Assembly (NCBI RefSeq): GCF_009914755.1
Contig: NC_060927.1
From: the human T2T-CHM13v2.0 reference genome, Homo sapiens
Direction: 5' to 3' (one strand)
DNA: 64,000 nt
The notes beneath the pieces were generated by a model. It was not told where the DNA came from and made no database searches. It worked only from the letters and a program-made list of their open reading frames with translations. Shown here piece by piece: positions 61,261 through 64,000 of this stretch (its first letter is position 1; each line of letters begins with the position of its first letter). A program made the position numbers and the translations under genes.

Positions 61261-64000
61261 GAGCATTGGGATGAATTTATAAAAAAAAATGCAGTGGGAT
61301 CTGAGGAAGGGAAAATCTAATTCAGCTTGGGGAAGGGAGAAGTGGTAGACACTCTGTGATGGCCAGGCCTAAAAAGTGAACAGGCAGTCACTGGAGAGAG
61401 CCAAAAAGAAAAGGATGCTGGGACGGAGGCACACAAGAGTAAAGGCTGTTTCTCTAACTGCATTCCTCTTATTTGGCTGCTGCCAACACAGAGGAGTTTG
61501 CAGTCTCTGAGAGAAATAATCCTGGAGAAAGACGACTGGAGTGATACCCTGTGATCTTTAAATGCAGCCCACTGGGTCTGTGTGTACACTTCTGACCATG
61601 TCTGTGGAGAGGGTGGAGCTTGGGAAGGAGGTGATAGCAACAACAGATCCTGAGTAACTCATCCGGGCTGCGGCCAGGACAATGAAGGAACCAACCAGCT
61701 GGATTTTCTGGAAACCAGCCCTAACTGGAGTCTGGCACAAGGGAAACAATGTCTGCAAACCCAAACAGCATCATAAGCCTGAACACAGATGGCAACACAC
61801 TCCTTTAAGACTTCTTGGTGCTTTGGTGACACTGCCCTTGTGTGAGCCCAAGGCAGGAGACCTTCTCTGTCTGACCTTGGGAGTGTGCTCTTGGCTGGTG
61901 TCAAGTTCCCAGGTCGTGGGGTGAGCTGTTCCCAGCCACTCATTACACAAGCTGATTTTTCAAAGAGCCTGTGTCGCCACCAGCATAATGAGCCCTAAGA
62001 AACTGCCTGCCAGGCCTGTGGGGTGTGGTGGGCTTCCCCACTCTGGCTCTGGGTCATCACCTCACAGGGATTCAGGAAGTAAATCAGAGCTTCCATAGAG
62101 AACATGGTCACCATGGGGATGCTATTTTCAGGAACTCAGCATCTTGCCCTCCTTGCTCCTCCGTCTCGGTCTGAGGTCATTACTAACCAACAAAAGGCAC
62201 AGAATGGGCAAGATCACTCTCCAAACATGGCCAACTTCCTTGTGTCTCTAGATAAGCTTGCCCTTTCATTGAGGGAATCACAGACTCCTGGCATGAACCA
62301 GCCTGATCCTGACATCTACAACCCATTAGCAAATGGCTCTCCTAACTCAGGAGACACTCAAAGCTCTGTACATACTACCACGGCTGCCCCAGCACCAGCG
62401 TAAGGACTCCAGGACTCACACACCTCACAGGGCCCCCAGTGTGCCAATCACCTCATAAACCCACAGTCCTTGTTGCACAACATGTAAAAACCTTCGTTGC
62501 TGTCTCTGACAGGCTCTTTCAAATATCAGAGAAATGCGTTTTATAAAATCTTTGGAAGCATTGAATTTCCTTGCCAACAACTCAAAATTATGTTTAAGCC
62601 TATCCAAAATGTCTGAAAACATCCAGTTTTCTGACAAAGAGGAAAAGGGACTCAATGCATTTTTTAAAATTCTTATTTTTCACTTGGTACTACTGTATGA
62701 GTTCCTAGTCATGACCTAGATATCATTTTAGAAGTAAAGGACCTTCTCTGACCTCCAAGTTTTTTCTATACCTGCCCAGATGCCCTAAATGCCTTAAACA
62801 ATAGCAACGGCAATTTAGTCAAATTAAGATACAAAGATGCTGACTGACTCATGCAAACCTATTTATGCTATGGTCCAAGTGACTAATACTCATAATATTG
62901 CCCAGAAACTGGCTCAGACAGCATCTGAGTAGTCACACAAGGAAAGAAGAATCATCAGGGGAGGAGGAGGTTGGAGGCGTGGAAGTCAACCTTTCTCCAC
63001 CTTCAAAATTTTGCTCCCAACACAATAGCTAAGGGCTGACCCAGAGAGGACACCTTACAGTTGGATTCCTCCCCCAGTCCCAAATAAGGAGGAGCCTACC
63101 AGTTGTAAAGTCTCCCCTGACCAAGAAAGAATGTTAAGGACAAGGATGGTTAAAAAGGCAGAAAAGCCTTTCTGGAAGAGTCCATTGCCTAGGCCTGGTT
63201 CAGCACACCCAACGGCAACTATCTAGTTACCACCTACAGAAAGGGAGGCACTTGGCTGGTACCTGCAGCTTCGAAGGCCTGGAGGTCCTGCTGGCCCAGG
63301 GGCTGGAACAATCAGTGGGCAGGCAGACTGCCCTTCCCAGAGCTTCAAGAGGGTGGCTAGGAGAGTGCTCCGGAGTTTGCCAGAGGCCAGCTCAGAGGCA
63401 GGCATTTCAGCACACGTGAACAAAGACTCATTAGGTGACCCAACCCCTTGGACCTATGATTAAAGTGTTAACCCACTGCATGCCTGGGTCATCTTTCCCA
63501 AACACTCCTTTTTGCTTGTCATCTTCTCTCTTTCATAAAGGGAATGAGAACTTGAGGCTTTGCCATGGCTTCTTCAACCTTCTCTTGGTCCCCTTCCCCC
63601 CACCAACAATAGCAGTTTCCTTGGTTGCTCTCCCAGAACACATACAAAACAGCCACTATTCGAGTCCATGGACCCCAGAGAGCAGGACTTAGAGGGCTCT
63701 GAGGTGTTGCTTTTGGATCTGGGGAAGCCAAGTCTTTTTTTAGTGAGGTGGGCAGTTGCTCAAGGGAGGAGCCACACCTCTGTACTTGACGCTGTGGGGC
63801 TGAGAAAATATCCAAGAGGTGACAATGACAGGCATGAGAATCTGGACAATCTCTGGAACAACTGCATCAATAATTAAGAACTCAACTGGTGCATCTACTC
63901 CTGCTCCAAAGAATACAGGCCCAACCTAGATGGGGAAAAACTACAGATCTCCAAAATTATATGCTCTGGGACCTCTCCTGACCGAAGTGTCAGGGGGTCA

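Overview
Human genomic DNA (Alu-rich, GT-AG introns) from the 3p21.31 chemokine-receptor cluster. The minus strand carries FYCO1, an autophagosome/lysosome transport adaptor with RUN, coiled-coil, FYVE, LIR and GOLD regions. I traced 15 consecutive coding exons (exons 2-16, ATG at 58788). They splice into an uninterrupted 4251-nt (1417-codon) frame; the non-coding first exon and the last coding exons lie outside the window. The complete chemokine receptor gene CXCR6 (342 aa, CDS 20365-21393) is nested on the plus strand inside the 18.7-kb FYCO1 intron 14. The rest is intronic and holds Alu, L1, L2, MIR, MER30/MER5/MER3/MER58 DNA elements, an ERV1 (MER50-like) LTR, an MLT1 LTR and microsatellites. 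I see no new gene system; this is a known locus. Features that deserve a second look: (1) a 60-nt in-frame FYCO1 cassette exon candidate at 12079-12138; (2) a uORF with a perfect Kozak context in the FYCO1 5'UTR; (3) a splice-created overlapping uORF in CXCR6; (4) a sense ERV LTR with strong splice donors upstream of CXCR6; (5) an unexplained ~330-bp inverted duplication at 26.7-28.4 kb, one arm split by MER30; (6) inverted Alus bracketing the symmetric FYCO1 exon 4; (7) STAT/NF-kB and MEF2/E-box motif clusters. Repeat family names and boundaries were recognised by eye and are approximate.
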